Shown here one piece after another: positions 21,489-34,200 of a stretch of 53,155 bases of DNA. Position numbers and translations under genes: made by a program. The stretch's first letter is position 1; each line of letters begins with the position of its first letter. Source of the DNA: Candidatus Nanoarchaeia archaeon. GTDB taxonomy: Archaea > Nanobdellota > Nanobdellia > Woesearchaeales > GW2011-AR9. The notes beneath the pieces are model-generated. The model worked only from the letters and a program-made list of their open reading frames with translations, was not told the origin of the DNA and ran no database searches. The DNA lies in NCBI GenBank assembly GCA_035291085.1, contig DATDTA010000086.1:1-53155 (forward strand). Direction: 5' to 3'.

Positions 21489-21517
21489 TTGACAATACCA
21501 CCTTCTAACTATATACT
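21489..21517 (+). promoter_or_regulatory. Sigma70-like promoter of TA operon 3 (TTGACA-17 nt-TATACT)
   Basis: TTGACA 21489-21494, TATACT 21512-21517, then aaaaagggaaaaat (weak SD) and ATG 21533. Confidence 0.5.
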
Positions 21518-21532
21518 TAAAAAGGGAAAAAT

Positions 21533-21718
21533 ATGACACAAAGAACACAAACCATTTTGCAAGAAATTGCCTCTTTAACTGAAGAAGAACGGGAAGAGTT
21601 ACTTTCATATCTGGAACACGAAGAAGATATAGGATGGAGTCAACTCTCTGAAAAATCGTTCGCTGATGACTGGCTTTCCTCTGAAGACTCCATCTATGAC
21701 CGATTTCAAACCAGGTAA
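21533..21718 (+). CDS. Small antitoxin-like protein (61 aa) upstream of PemK copy 3
   Basis: MTQRTQTILQEIASLTEEEREELL...SEKSFADDWLSSEDSIYDRFQTR. It has the same SEKSF..W..EDSIYD tail as 2344..2526 and overlaps the toxin start. Confidence 0.6.
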   Translation: MTQRTQTILQEIASLTEEEREELLSYLEHEEDIGWSQLSEKSFADDWLSSEDSIYDRFQTR

Positions 21719-22061
21719 CGTAGTTCTCGTTCCTTTTCCTTTTACCGATTTATCCCAATCCAAACCGCGACCAGCGCTAATCCTTGGATCTGAAAAAATT
21801 TGCAAAGAGCTTCCGGACATAATCCTGTGCCAAATAACTTCCAGAATATTAAGATACACAAATCCTAGTTTAGGAGATGTTCCTTTAAATGAATGGAAAG
21901 AAGCTGGCTTACTTTTACCATCAACAGTGCGTTTAGTTAAGCTAGCCACACTATCAAAAGAAAAAGTTCTGGCTAAATTAGGAACGCTTACTAATAGGGA
22001 CATGGAGCGTGTTCTTTCCACCTTTTCTACAATTTTTCTAAATAACTTAACAAGAAAATAA
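21696..22061 (+). CDS. PemK/MazF-family toxin (copy 3). The likely start is ATG 21696; the ORF track starts in-frame at 21666
   Basis: MTDFKPGNVVLVPFPFTDLSQSKPRPALILGSE. ATG 21696 sits in the same ..TCTATGAC.. overlap context as the copy 2 start at 2513. Confidence 0.85.
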   Translation: MTDFKPGNVVLVPFPFTDLSQSKPRPALILGSEKICKELPDIILCQITSRILRYTNPSLGDVPLNEWKEAGLLLPSTVRLVKLATLSKEKVLAKLGTLTNRDMERVLSTFSTIFLNNLTRK

Positions 22062-22070
22062 CTTTTATTT

Positions 22071-22220
22071 ATGCAATCTCTAGAAGAAAACAGCAAAACG
22101 ATTTTTGAAAAACTTGCCACTAAAGCTGAACTTAAAGAGGTGGAGATAAGAATACTCCGCTGGATGGTGACTCTCTGGATTACACAAATGGTTGCCATGC
22201 TCGCCCTCTTTTTTAAATAA
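22071..22220 (+). CDS. Possible 49-aa coiled-coil plus C-terminal TM protein (DUF1640-like pattern). It is below the ORF-track length cutoff
   Basis: Hand translation: MQSLEENSKTIFEKLATKAELKEVEIRILRWMVTLWITQMVAMLALFFK*. There is no clear SD. Confidence 0.3.
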   Translation: MQSLEENSKTIFEKLATKAELKEVEIRILRWMVTLWITQMVAMLALFFK

Positions 22221-22242
22221 CTTTTAACCAATCTCATTTATA

Positions 22243-25200
22243 TTACGCCTGGAATTCGATAAGACGCTTCACTCTATTTTCTTCCATCAGCTCTTTCATT
22301 CCCCGCATTCTCTGAACTTCCAGCTCCGACACGATCTTATAAATCGTAACCCACATGGAATGATAAATGCTCTCTTCAATTTCTGCCTCAGGGTTTTCAC
22401 TCAAGACTTCTAGAGTGTGCGCCCAGCCGATTTCAAAGAGTCTTTCATACAACTGTGCAATGTTCACCCTGCCATTTTTACCGCTGGACTCAGGCAATAT
22501 TTTTACTTGCTTGCCATTTATTTGATTGCCTCTTGCCAAATGGGTTTCTAAAATTTTCTTTCTCTCACTATCTAAACCATCCAATAATCTTTGAATCTCC
22601 CTATTCCTGCCGGTCAGCACAACTTTTCTTTGGCTGCCAAGCTCAATTTGATCTAACTGCTGATTCAGGAAGGCTAAAGAATATCTTCCATCTTTCCCGG
22701 CTACAATTACTTTTGTGCTATTCGCATTTAATTCTGAAACTCCAATAGCCTGAGCTTCTAACTTTTGTTCCATGCTTGTTCGCGCCATTTGAACCGCGCT
22801 ATAACCCATTCTAAATTTTTCTTGATATTCTTTGTCCTTCTTTGCATCCTGTATCTGAATAATTTTTTCAGCCGCATCCTTTCTTATAATTACTTTTTTA
22901 AACCCAATATGATCTTCCGCATACGCTTGCAATACCGGCTGTACAGGCGCATTCTCATGAATGATTGATACAACACTCCCTTTATAATCTTTCTCAAATC
23001 CTTTGCTGACATCCCCGCCCATAGCATGCAATGCGCCTAAAAATAGAGCGCGCTCATTTCTTTTATTTGATTTTGCTAATCTTTTTTCCAATTTACTTTT
23101 AGCTAAAGCAACATTGTTTAACTTTGCAAGTTGTGTAATCTCCTGAATTAGTTTTTCTGCAGAAGAGGAAGGCTTTACCCATGCTTTCACTGCTAAAACC
23201 AAAGCTCCCATAAGTAAAACTCCGCTTACAATGGCCATTGGATGCGCAGCTGCCCATAAAACAAAATTCTTTACAAAGGTCACTACCTCCAACTTGATAT
23301 CTATTGGCAGTAAAGGCCATGCTAAAATTCCTCCAATTTGCGACAAAATGATAGGCCTGCTTGGATTCTTTAGCGGCTCCGACGATTCTATATTAACTTT
23401 CACTTGGGGTTCATTATGTTGAGGACGAACGCCTTGAGAAAAAACCTCTTTAAATAATTGATTCCACAAACTCAACTTTGCCGCAGCATAAAACCCTCTA
23501 ATATTGGGCTGGCTGGAAAACTCTGAAAACTGAACCATCCTCTCTAGCGCCTGATCTGGATTTGTTAAATCACTCGCCACAACCTCCACTAACTGAGATA
23601 ATGGAACAAAAACTTTAGAGTTAACCATTGCTTGCTGTAAAATCGCAAATGCTAAAGTAAGATGTTTTCGTATTTCAGGAAAATCCTTGCCTGTGGTTAA
23701 TTCCAGCCGCGCCTCCAGCTCTTTATATTTCTTAATCAAACTATCTGAAAATAGATTCAAATAGTATTTAACCTTAACCTCTTCACCTCCATGCACCGCA
23801 TTCCAAATATTAAGCTGCTGCATTTCTAACTGATCAAGTTCCTGTATTGTAAATGAATTACCGCGAACATCCCCGCCTAAATGAACATAAAGAGTCTCGA
23901 ATGCTTCTGAAATAGCCTTGCTAAGATCATCTTTATCCAGAATTGTTCCTTTTCTCATCTCATTCAGCCTATTTTCCGCATCTTGAGAATAATCCACCTC
24001 AAGTTCACTTTCTGCTGTTCTTTTAAGATAAAGATCACTGATAAAATGAATCTTTCTTTTTTCTGCAATTGTCTTAATCCTAGTGGCCGCAATAGAATTA
24101 AACATTCCCTCACCCAGAGTAATGGCTTGAGCTCGGCTTTGCAATGCCCAGAGAATCTCTTCCAATTCAAATAAAGTTCTATAATTTTTCACAAGGATAA
24201 AAACTTTTATTGCTCCTTTTTCTAAACGAAGTGATTGTTCCAACCGCGCAAGCGCTTGGTTCCAGAAAAGCGCTTCTTCAACTGTTTCAACATGTAAAGC
24301 AAGTTGAGGAGTTAAACCTAATTTTTTCAAGTTCTCTAAATTGTTGAAGAAAAACGCAACCACATCTAAAAGTCCAGAAGGGACTGGGGTATCATCTACT
24401 TCCACTTGTGTCATTAAACTGCGAGGCGTAATTGCCAAAGTTTGCAGTCTGGCATTCTCAATTCTGCCGGATTCAATCTCCTCAACTTCTAGTTCAATAG
24501 CTCTAGCAATATCGGACAAATCAGAAATAGTTTCAATATTAAAAATCCATCCTTCAAGAGCCAAATTAAGATTATTTAACACCTGAGTAGAGTCTTGAAC
24601 TGAAGATATTCCCACTTCTTTTGGAAAGGGAAGCTCTGGATTTAGAGCGCTCACTTTCCAATCTCCCTCTCGCATCTCATGAATTCTGATACGCTGTTTA
24701 TCGGGGCTGGTGTAGAACTCTTTATGGGGAGGTAAAAAGCTGAACTTAAGTTGAGGATTTTCCATCTCTTTTTCTAAATGTCCATGACGCCTCAGCGCAG
24801 CGCTAAGTTTCTGAGTAAAGGCTCTACGAATATCAAAAACTGTATGGAGAATAGGTACGGTCAACTGAGCCTCTGCAATAAAGCGGGAACGCGTCTTAAA
24901 AGCCATTACTTTTCTACTTTTTAAAAAAGCAACTGCTCTTGCTAAAGTTAATCTTTTTCCCTGATAAACGCCTTGCAAAATCTTTTGAAGATCCTCTTGA
25001 GAAAGACTCAATTCAATCGCTAAAGCTCCTGAACGCGCCCGATCATATCCTAGATCAAAATAAAGCGTTTTAAACACTTTCATCAAAGCCCTGTCATCAA
25101 AAGTGACAGTTTGAAGATGGAGACGCCTCAAAGCAGCAGTGTTAAAAATCTCAATTTTTCTTCTCTCAGATCTAGTGGGCACAAAAGCCCGGGTTAAAAA

Positions 25201-28200
25201 TCCTTTAATCACATCTTCTCTCACACCAGACTTCTGCGCTATTTGGCTTGTGCTTAATCCTCCTACATAAACTGTTAAAAGATCCATATAAAGTTCTTGA
25301 TTTTCTACTCCCAGAGCAGCAAGTGATTGAGTCCCAGAGCTTTCAGCTGATGTTGAATTAGACCCTTTTAACTTTAAAACTTGAGCGCTCTTTAAAGGAA
25401 GCTCTCCAATTTTTAAAACTTGTTTGGTTTCCAAAACATAAATATTATTTTCAGTATGAGGCAGAAAATAAGAAATTTCATAAATCTTAACTAAATTCTG
25501 ATCCAAACCAACCGCAACATTTGAATCGCGAACTCTATAATAAGGCTGGTTGTAGGCGCTAATGGCTGATCCTATCACTTGCAGAAGCTCCCAGTTTCCA
25601 TTCTCTGCTTTTCTGTAAGCAGAAACAGTTCTATTTCCTCTATCCCTTTCAATCTTTATATTTCCGTCGCGTGAAAGTTGTTCAAAGGTTTCCTGACCTT
25701 GAATCTCTCTCACAGGAACAAACGCTTTTCCAATATAATCATAGGGAAGAAGGGAACTAATATTAGTGGTTTGTTCCCATTCAAACCCAGCATCATTTTT
25801 ATTTAAAATATCCAGCATCTCTTCAACTACTTTTTCCTGTTCGTGTGGAAAGACTTCACCAAAAACTCTCTGGTATAAATTCCTTAAATTTCCTAACAAC
25901 ACATGAAGCAGCGGGGATGCTGCTATAAGAGATCCACCAATCCCTTTGCCCAAAAGCTGATCCCCTGGACCTATTGCATAACCGGCATCACCTAATCCGA
26001 ATCCAAAAATAATCGCTGCAAGCAGACCAACAATAAAGAAACTTGCCAAAATTTTCATCGCAGGAACATTTTGCTTTTCTTCCGCTTTAACTGTCTCTGC
26101 GTCCTTTAATTCAATAGCGATAGAAGGAAAACCCGGTTTAGGAATGGTCTTCATTGAAAAACGACTGAACCCTTGGCTCTTAAAAGCATCAATATTTTCT
26201 TTGGATAAACCCATTGTGAAAACTGGGGTTGTTTGCGATTCATCCAAAGTTATAATCTCCAAAGGATTTGTAGTTTGAACCTTGTAAGTTATGATTCTTT
26301 CTTTTGATTTAGAATCACCTTTCTCCCAAGTTTGCATTTCAAATTCTTTTCCATCCCAGAAAAAATATAGTCCTGTTCCACCATCCAGCCGTATTGGCAT
26401 ATCAACAGTTAAGCCGTAATCCCTATACTTACCTGAAACACGATCACTCATGACTGACAATGAACTATTCTTGGCATTATACTCAACCCGAATATAAGCT
26501 GTGACCAAACGTCCGATCCTACTGTCTCGGCTGCTTCGATGTGAAAACAATTTTGTCCATTTTTTCATCCAGACCATGCTGCCATTGGGAGACACCTCAG
26601 CGCCTAAACGCTCCAGCATCATTCGAATTTTTATGCTGCTAATTTTGGATTCAATTAAATCTAAATCTTCTTGTTGGAGTTGAATCCTCTTTGCTTTCAT
26701 TCCTTGAACAAAATATTTTAAAAAGAGAATTGGATCCTTAGGCAACCCTGTTCCAAAGTCTTTTTCATACTGATCCTTTTCCTTCCTCACCCAGGCAATG
26801 TAACCTTCCCCCATCTCTCGGATATGCATTCTGTGCTTGTTTCCAGAAATATCTGTCCAAGCACGATGAATCCAATCCGCAACTTCCTGCTTGTAATCAT
26901 GATCAAATCTCTCCATGCCATTATCTGTTTCAATCTGATATTTTCTAGTCTGCTGAGCTCTTGCTCCTCCATTCCCTGACAATCCCACTGCTCCTTTTGA
27001 TCCTTTATCTTTTCCAATCCTGCCAGCGCTTTTGCCAGCTCCACTGGTTGGTATCCCTTCACTGCCCACAACATCCCCTGCTACACCGCCACTCATAGCA
27101 AGCGTGCCCAATAATGGAACTCGAACCACATTGCCTAGAAAGGTGCCTGACCTAAACAACTCTGCTAACTTACTCACAACTCCCTCACGGAAATTTTTGT
27201 TCAGGGTAAATACGAACGCTAATCCTGCTGCGCCGGCAATCATGGCAATGGGCAACGAATAAATTTGAACGAAATTCCAAATCAAAGGAGCAAAAACTGC
27301 GGCAGCCATCAGAATCGCTATGCTTGAAACTAATTCTGTACGAGTAAATCCTGTCTCTCCTGAACCACCGCCTATTCCAGCAAGAGAAGAAGTTTGAGCA
27401 GAAGTCTCATCAGCCCTCTGGGCAGAATGTTCATTGATATCTTGCTGGACACTGGCGACAATTCCTTTAAAAAGTTCTGTGTCCAGATAATCAATAATTG
27501 AAGTTGGATCGCTGGCACTGATCATTCTTATTGCCTGACCTTGGGATTCAGCTGAAACTTTCTTAACAAGCTTATCTAAAAGAGGAACAGCTTTTTTTTC
27601 GTTTGCCCATGAAGCCTCTTTTTGGAACATTGCCATGGAAATCATTGAGGCGGTATAAGAGTCTTGCTTCCATTCAGCGCTAATCATCTTCCCTACTTTT
27701 CTTGCGGGAAGTTCCATTCCTGATTCAATCGCTTTCAAAACAATTTGGCTGGGAATGTCTGAATGAGTTTTCGGTTCAGTTGGAGAGTCCAGATATTCAT
27801 CCATAAAACTCTCCACGATTTCTGGCAAGACCCACGTCAAGCCATTTACCAAAGAAATGAAAACCAAATAAACTGGCACATAAAAAGGATTAAGGTGGTG
27901 ATGAATTTGTTCCTCATCTATAAATTCAAATTTCTGACGTGCCCGCTCTTTATAAAAGGCTTGGAAAATCTCCCTAAAGTCATTATCGTTAAGTCCCTCT
28001 TTCTTGTTGTTGATTGCGGATCTCATTAATTCAAAAGCGATGTAATAAGATTCCCCGGTTTGATCTTTGGATCGAAGATTAGCTAAAATCCTTCTTTTTA
28101 CATGATCCCCTTTTGTTTGACTGTCATTTACCCATTTTTCATATTCAGAAATGGTTAGAGCTGCGCCACCAGGGTACGGATTTTCTCCCACTACTTTAAG

Positions 28201-31200
28201 CCACTGATCCATCTCTTCTGCGGAAATTCCATTCACTGGGTTCTCTTTGAGCATATGAACCAACGTGTAGGGGGAGTACCTTGGATCATCCCGAGATTTT
28301 TCAATCAAATCTTCTATAGTAGTTCTTAAATAACTAAGCTCAGCATCGCCGAATTCTTCCAGATGAGCATGCAAAGCGCTTATAGAAACACGACTCCAGT
28401 AGAGGTAAGCATCTGGATATTTTCTGACTGCTGCATTGTAAAATCTTTTGACCAAATCACTGACCCCAACCATACCAAAATCAATCGCCTCATCTATAAA
28501 TCTACTGCCAATCTGCAAGGCAATGTCTCTTTTTTCTTGATCCTCTCCCTCTATATCCTGCACAAACTGATCTATTTTTCTACGAACAGTTGAAATGTAG
28601 TGGAAGAGATCAATAAATCTCTCTTGTTCTTCAGGCGACCAGCCTTTCAGATCAACAATTCCAATACCTTGAGAGCTATGAGTTTTCACTCCCAGAAAAT
28701 CTGCAAGATCAAGATCATCAATGTTGGAAAGTCTCTCAATAGCTTGAGCTAAAGCAGAAAATAATTTCTCTGCTTCAAGTGGATTGTATTGTAAATAAGT
28801 CACTGGATACTCAATGACTAAATCTACCTGTTCTTTCATCGTATTCATTAATGTGATAACAACTTCTTTATCATAAGAATCTAATGCTCTAAAATTAATA
28901 CGAATATAGTTCTCAAAAGTAGGTACTTCAGAAAGTTTAATTCCAATAACTTTTTCTATCGCTTCATCATCCCAAAGAATGGTATGAGCTTCACTACTGG
29001 TTGGTAACCCGCTGCCTCCTGATGCGCCCATCATCCCAAAGAGGGGCATTTGAATCGCGATTTTCATAACCGCCAGAGTACTTAACCACCACTTATTTAC
29101 ATGACTTGTGGCTGGCTTCCTCTCTGTGGATGACTCTCCCTTTAACCGCTTCAGCCTGCTCACAGCAATAGAAGCTGAACTCATCTCTACTCTCTTTCTC
29201 TTAGAGAGAACATTTTTGTTGAGAATCAACACCAACGCAAGCGCTGTGACGCCAGCAACAAGCGCAAATGGTCCATATTGAGCGAGAATGGTGAGCCACG
29301 ACAAACCTTTCCCATCATCCGCAAAAGCCGCGGATGGATCAAAACCAAAAAGCAGGGCCGCAGTTGTTGCCGCTAAACCAATAATAAAAAGTGGGACAGG
29401 GAATATCTTTGGAAGTACGAAGTGCAATGCCGTATTTTTTTTGGATTTACGGGGTGACGGTTCAGGCTCTTGAAAACTGGCGTTCCTTCTAAATTTGGAT
29501 TCCAATTGCTCTTCAGTGATTTCGCCATGCTTAAGTTGCTCCGACCAGAAACTTAATACCCCGGGAGCAAGATCACCATTCGCATCTAAAAGCCTAAAGC
29601 CGGTTTGTTGAGCAATTTTTCTAACAATATGGCGCGTTTTGAATTCGATCTCAACTTTGTCTAAAGGCATATCCTGCTGCACCCAAAAATCAATGTCCGC
29701 CATGTTATAGGTATAGGCATAAGAATTTTCAGATTGTAGAGCATACTTTTCACCTAACTTATAAATTTGACCTTCTCTACTCTGATCTTGTTCAGATTGC
29801 AAGATTTGGGAAGATTCTATCCCTGGCTCAAACTGTGAAGTATAAGGAGGTATAATATAGTACTCCCAATTAAACCAGAGAAGAGAGCCAATACCTAACA
29901 TCCCAACCCAATATGGCCACTGAGGGAGCCTTGAACGATTTCTCCTTACTCTATCCGCAATGATCAGCGTAAGAAAAAGAACTCCCATACCCACATCCAA
30001 GATTGGCACCATCAAATTGTGTAGATCAAACTTAATAAATGGAAGATGAGGGATACCGAAAACAGCAACCGCTGCTGTACCAATGAAAAGGATCGCAATC
30101 GTTCCCACGGTTTCCAGAAGGGTAAAACCAGATTTGGGCGTGTTTCTCGGATCAATCCATATTTTCCTTAAAATACCCTGTTTCACTGCTATGACTACGG
30201 CAGCCGTTAAACCCAGACCACCCAACACAAACGGCCAGAACTTTGCAAGAAAATTTAAGTTAGACTTAAGCTGAATGAACAAGAGAGAGATATATCCTCC
30301 CGTCTCTCCTTTTCTCAAAGGAATCATTTCAAAAATACCGAATGTTATTCCAAACAAGGCTAAAACAAAAATACTAGCCATGATCCAATTTTGCATACGA
30401 ATTAAGAGAGAAATATTAATACTAGAATGATTTTTAATTAATTTCATCGTTAATAGATTAGAAAAGATTCCTGCAAGCGCTATCCCTGCGATTAACATCA
30501 TCGGGATATGCAAATAATAATGTATGTTATGTAAGAGTTTAATATCTGTTTGCTTAATGTTTGCTGGTAGTGATGATGATATAAGAAATAATGCGGCATT
30601 TTTTAAAGCCAAAGGCACCGCGATCAATCCTATTAACCCCATCGGCAAGATAATAGGCCACCAAAACTTTTTTGACAATACAAACTCTTGAAATTTCTTA
30701 TTGAAGAAGAAGGTTAGTGTTATCACTATAGCAACTATCATAAGATCAACCGGTAATACCATCATAAACTTATCTAATAATCCTAAACCACCTACACTAT
30801 GAGCAGCCTGCAAAGCGCTAGAGGATGCTATAGGCAGAGGAGTAGCGGTTCCTAGAGCTAAAGCGGTAGGCGAGGCTAAAGGCGCGCCGCCGGTCATAAC
30901 TGCAGCCACAGCTGAAGGAGGAGTGCTAAGAACAAGCCACAGAGATACCACAATGGCTGATAAAGTTACAGCGAGTTTAGAAAAATATTCTAAAAATTTA
31001 TTTTCAAGAGAATTCCCTAATGCTTCCGCTTTTTGAGCAGTTAAGTTATGGAAAAGTTTAACTATTTCTCGATCCCCGGTTAAGCCCACCCATGCATCTC
31101 GCCGACCATCTCTAGCAAGTCCTAATCCCTTAAAAGCTGCCCTTAAAGTTGTAAACAAATGCTGCGCTCTTTTATGAATAACATCCGTTAATCCCCAAGA

Positions 31201-34200
31201 GCTAAAATCTTCTACTTTCTCCTTATTAAATTCTAAGGTCTCTAACTGAACTAATGCTTCTAAATCCACTTGAGCTATTTTATGATTAGAGAGAGAGTCT
31301 AAATTTTCTTCTAATGCTTTCATAAAAGCTTCATTTTCTAAACTTTCTCTAAAGCGAACAGAAAGCGCTGTTTGATGATTCCAAGCAGTTTCTATAAAAC
31401 TAGAAATTTTATCTAAAAATTCAAAACGGAATTGATTTTTTTCATTTGCTCTTGCCGGATCCAAATTAAGAGCAATGCCAAAATTCAAAAGTTGAGGAAG
31501 AGAAATTCCTCTTACATCAAACACCTCTTTTAATTTGGATAAAAATGCGGAAACTCTTTTAAATTCCCTATCAATCTCATCTTGAGATATAAACAATTCA
31601 CTTAAATCGCTAGAGTCCACATGCAAAGCAATCACAAGATTGTCTTCCTCTTCCTGAATTTCAGCAGCTTTTTTTCTGGCAAATTCAATTAAGTGAGCGA
31701 CCATCAAAATTTTATCTGAATCCCACAGCATTGAAGATCCTAATGTGTCCAGCTCCAGCTCTTTAAAACCAGCGAGTAAAGCTTTTTCTATTAAGAGTTT
31801 TACCCGCCTTATCTCTTTCTCTTGGTTTCTCTGATACTCGTCAGCATTCACTTTCACATTCAACTTTAAGAAAATAGGCGCGTCATGTTTTTCTAATACT
31901 GCTGCGGAAAGAACCTCAGAGGCAAAAGCTTGTGGGTCAACCTCTATTCCTTCCACTCCGCCAAAATCAGAAAGTTGAAACACCATGGCTTCTACATTGC
32001 CTTTCGCGCTTGCTCTAAATGCGGCTCTAGCTGCTAAAAGTCCACTGATCCCTAAACCTATGGAAGGAACAGTTCTTCCAACTATTTCTCCATTAGCCAT
32101 TTTTTTGTAATACGCTTTTAACGAAGAAGCCTCTACACCATAAATTCTGGCCAGCCATGGAATTGTGGATTGAATATAGGTTCGCAATTTACTGTCATCA
32201 TTTAAAACAGCGTCATACGCAAAATCCTCAAAATAAGAACGCAATTCTTCTTTATCCTCTCCTTCAGGAATGGCTTTATAAACCACATCCACGGTTAGGC
32301 GATCCATAACCTGTTGTTCAGAACTAAAACGATTTTGATGCAGATAGGTATTGGTATCTGGGTCTAAAGCCCGCTCAGCTTTTCCATAACCTCCAAAAGA
32401 ACCTTTATCAGGTCTGCCAAAACCTTCCCCTCCAGTTCCTTCAAACCCTGATCCGCCAGATCCACCAAAACCTGCTCCACCTCCAAAACCACCAACTGAT
32501 CCCAACGCTGTTACCATCAAAGCCATCTTTGCGACCCTCAAGAGCTTTTCTAAAATTGGAGAGCTTGCAAAAACTATTGCAATCCAACTTAAGAAAGGAG
32601 ATCCTGTCATGAACCTGCCTAACCAAGAAGAGCTTCTGGATCGAAAATTTAAAAAGTTTTCAAATTCATTTTTAATAATCTCTAAAGGTGTTCTATTGTT
32701 AAAATCCGCTTTCTTCAATAATTCAACAGTCCTTAAATAGAGTATTGAATCCACATAGCTCACCGTGTCTCTTGCATCTTTTTCTGGTTTAGTAGCTGCA
32801 ACCAAGGCGCCTGCATAAGCTAAAGATCCAGGAACATAAACCATCGGTATCCTGTCACTATGTCTTTTATGATGTTCAAATATAAAACCATTGAGCCTTT
32901 TTGAAATTTTATTCTTATCTTCAAAATCATTTTTTGGACCTAGTATGCCTCTAACTCCAGCTAAACGTAAATTAGTAAAAGCAGCTTCATCTAATTCTTG
33001 AGTCATGTCAGAAGATAAGATTGCAAGATCAATCTTCTTAAACTTCATCTCTTGCCTAACTGCTAAGGGAACCTGCCCTAATAAATCAAAACTAAAATCT
33101 GCTTCTTTAAAAATATAAAAAACATCCGTATAACTTTGATCTAAAAAGTAGTGAGAGAATCTCTTTTTAAAAGTTTCCAGCTCAAAATCATCTTTGTACG
33201 AAACCACCACTTTAGCGCCATTTCTTAAAAGTTCTGGAATTAAAAGCGCTTTTGTTTCATCCAGACCCTGAATGCGAACTACCTTTCCTTCCCAGCTTAA
33301 ACTTCTGCTGGAAAAAACTTGAGAAATAAGAGCTTCACTTGCGGACTTTAAGCCTTGAGCTGAATGTTGAGCTTGGTTAGATGAAAGAATAGAATCTTTA
33401 GCTCGAGAACTTATCACATTCATATCTTTTTTAAAGAGTCCTTCTCCGGGAAAAGTGAAAAATCCGCCGCCTAAACGACCATTAATATAATTCAATGCAA
33501 CTGCATAATGTTCTAGAATCTCTTTTCTTCTTCTCTTCCCATCTTTTGAATTTTTTGTTGCCAAACTGTCCTGTTTAACTCCAATGACTCCTTGAGCTCC
33601 AAAAATATTTAAACCTGCTGAAGCGCTAAATGCAGTAGTTTCGCTCGCGCCCTTTAATGCCTGGATAAATCCCTCTTTTTCTGGCTCTCTAAATTCACTA
33701 AAAGAGGTAGAACCAACCCCGCCCCATTTGCCATGAAGCTGACTATTTTCTGTTTCAAACTCTCTTAAACCCTGAAATGCGATGTAGGCAACATAATCCA
33801 AAAGAGGATTTTCAATTTTAAATACCACATAATGTTTATTCCAAAAAGATTGAATCTCTGGGCTTAAAGCAACAATATCTTTTTCTTGCAAAACACTGAT
33901 TTTAATTCCAAGATGAGGAGCTTGTCCGGGGACAAATAATTCCCCTTCAATCCTTTCTGGAGCAAGCCGATTCAAATGAGGTTTAAGCTCATCCAATCTT
34001 ATTGGCTGTTCAGCTTCTATTGCAGTTGAATCTGCTGTAACTGTTCCTAATCCTGAATTTCTGTACCAAGGCAGAAGTTCTGGATGCGTTCTTACATAAT
34101 CCCCAAGCCATTTTAAAAATTCATCTTGACTTCTTTGAGGCGGCTTTTCTTGATCTCTTTCTGGATGTTCCCTTGAGTATTGCGCAACAAATTGAGCCAG

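Noticed and set aside
21605-22237. 210-aa minus-strand ORF
   Set aside because: It is entirely antisense to TA operon 3, whose plus-strand PemK homology and promoter are strong. It has no recognisable motifs.
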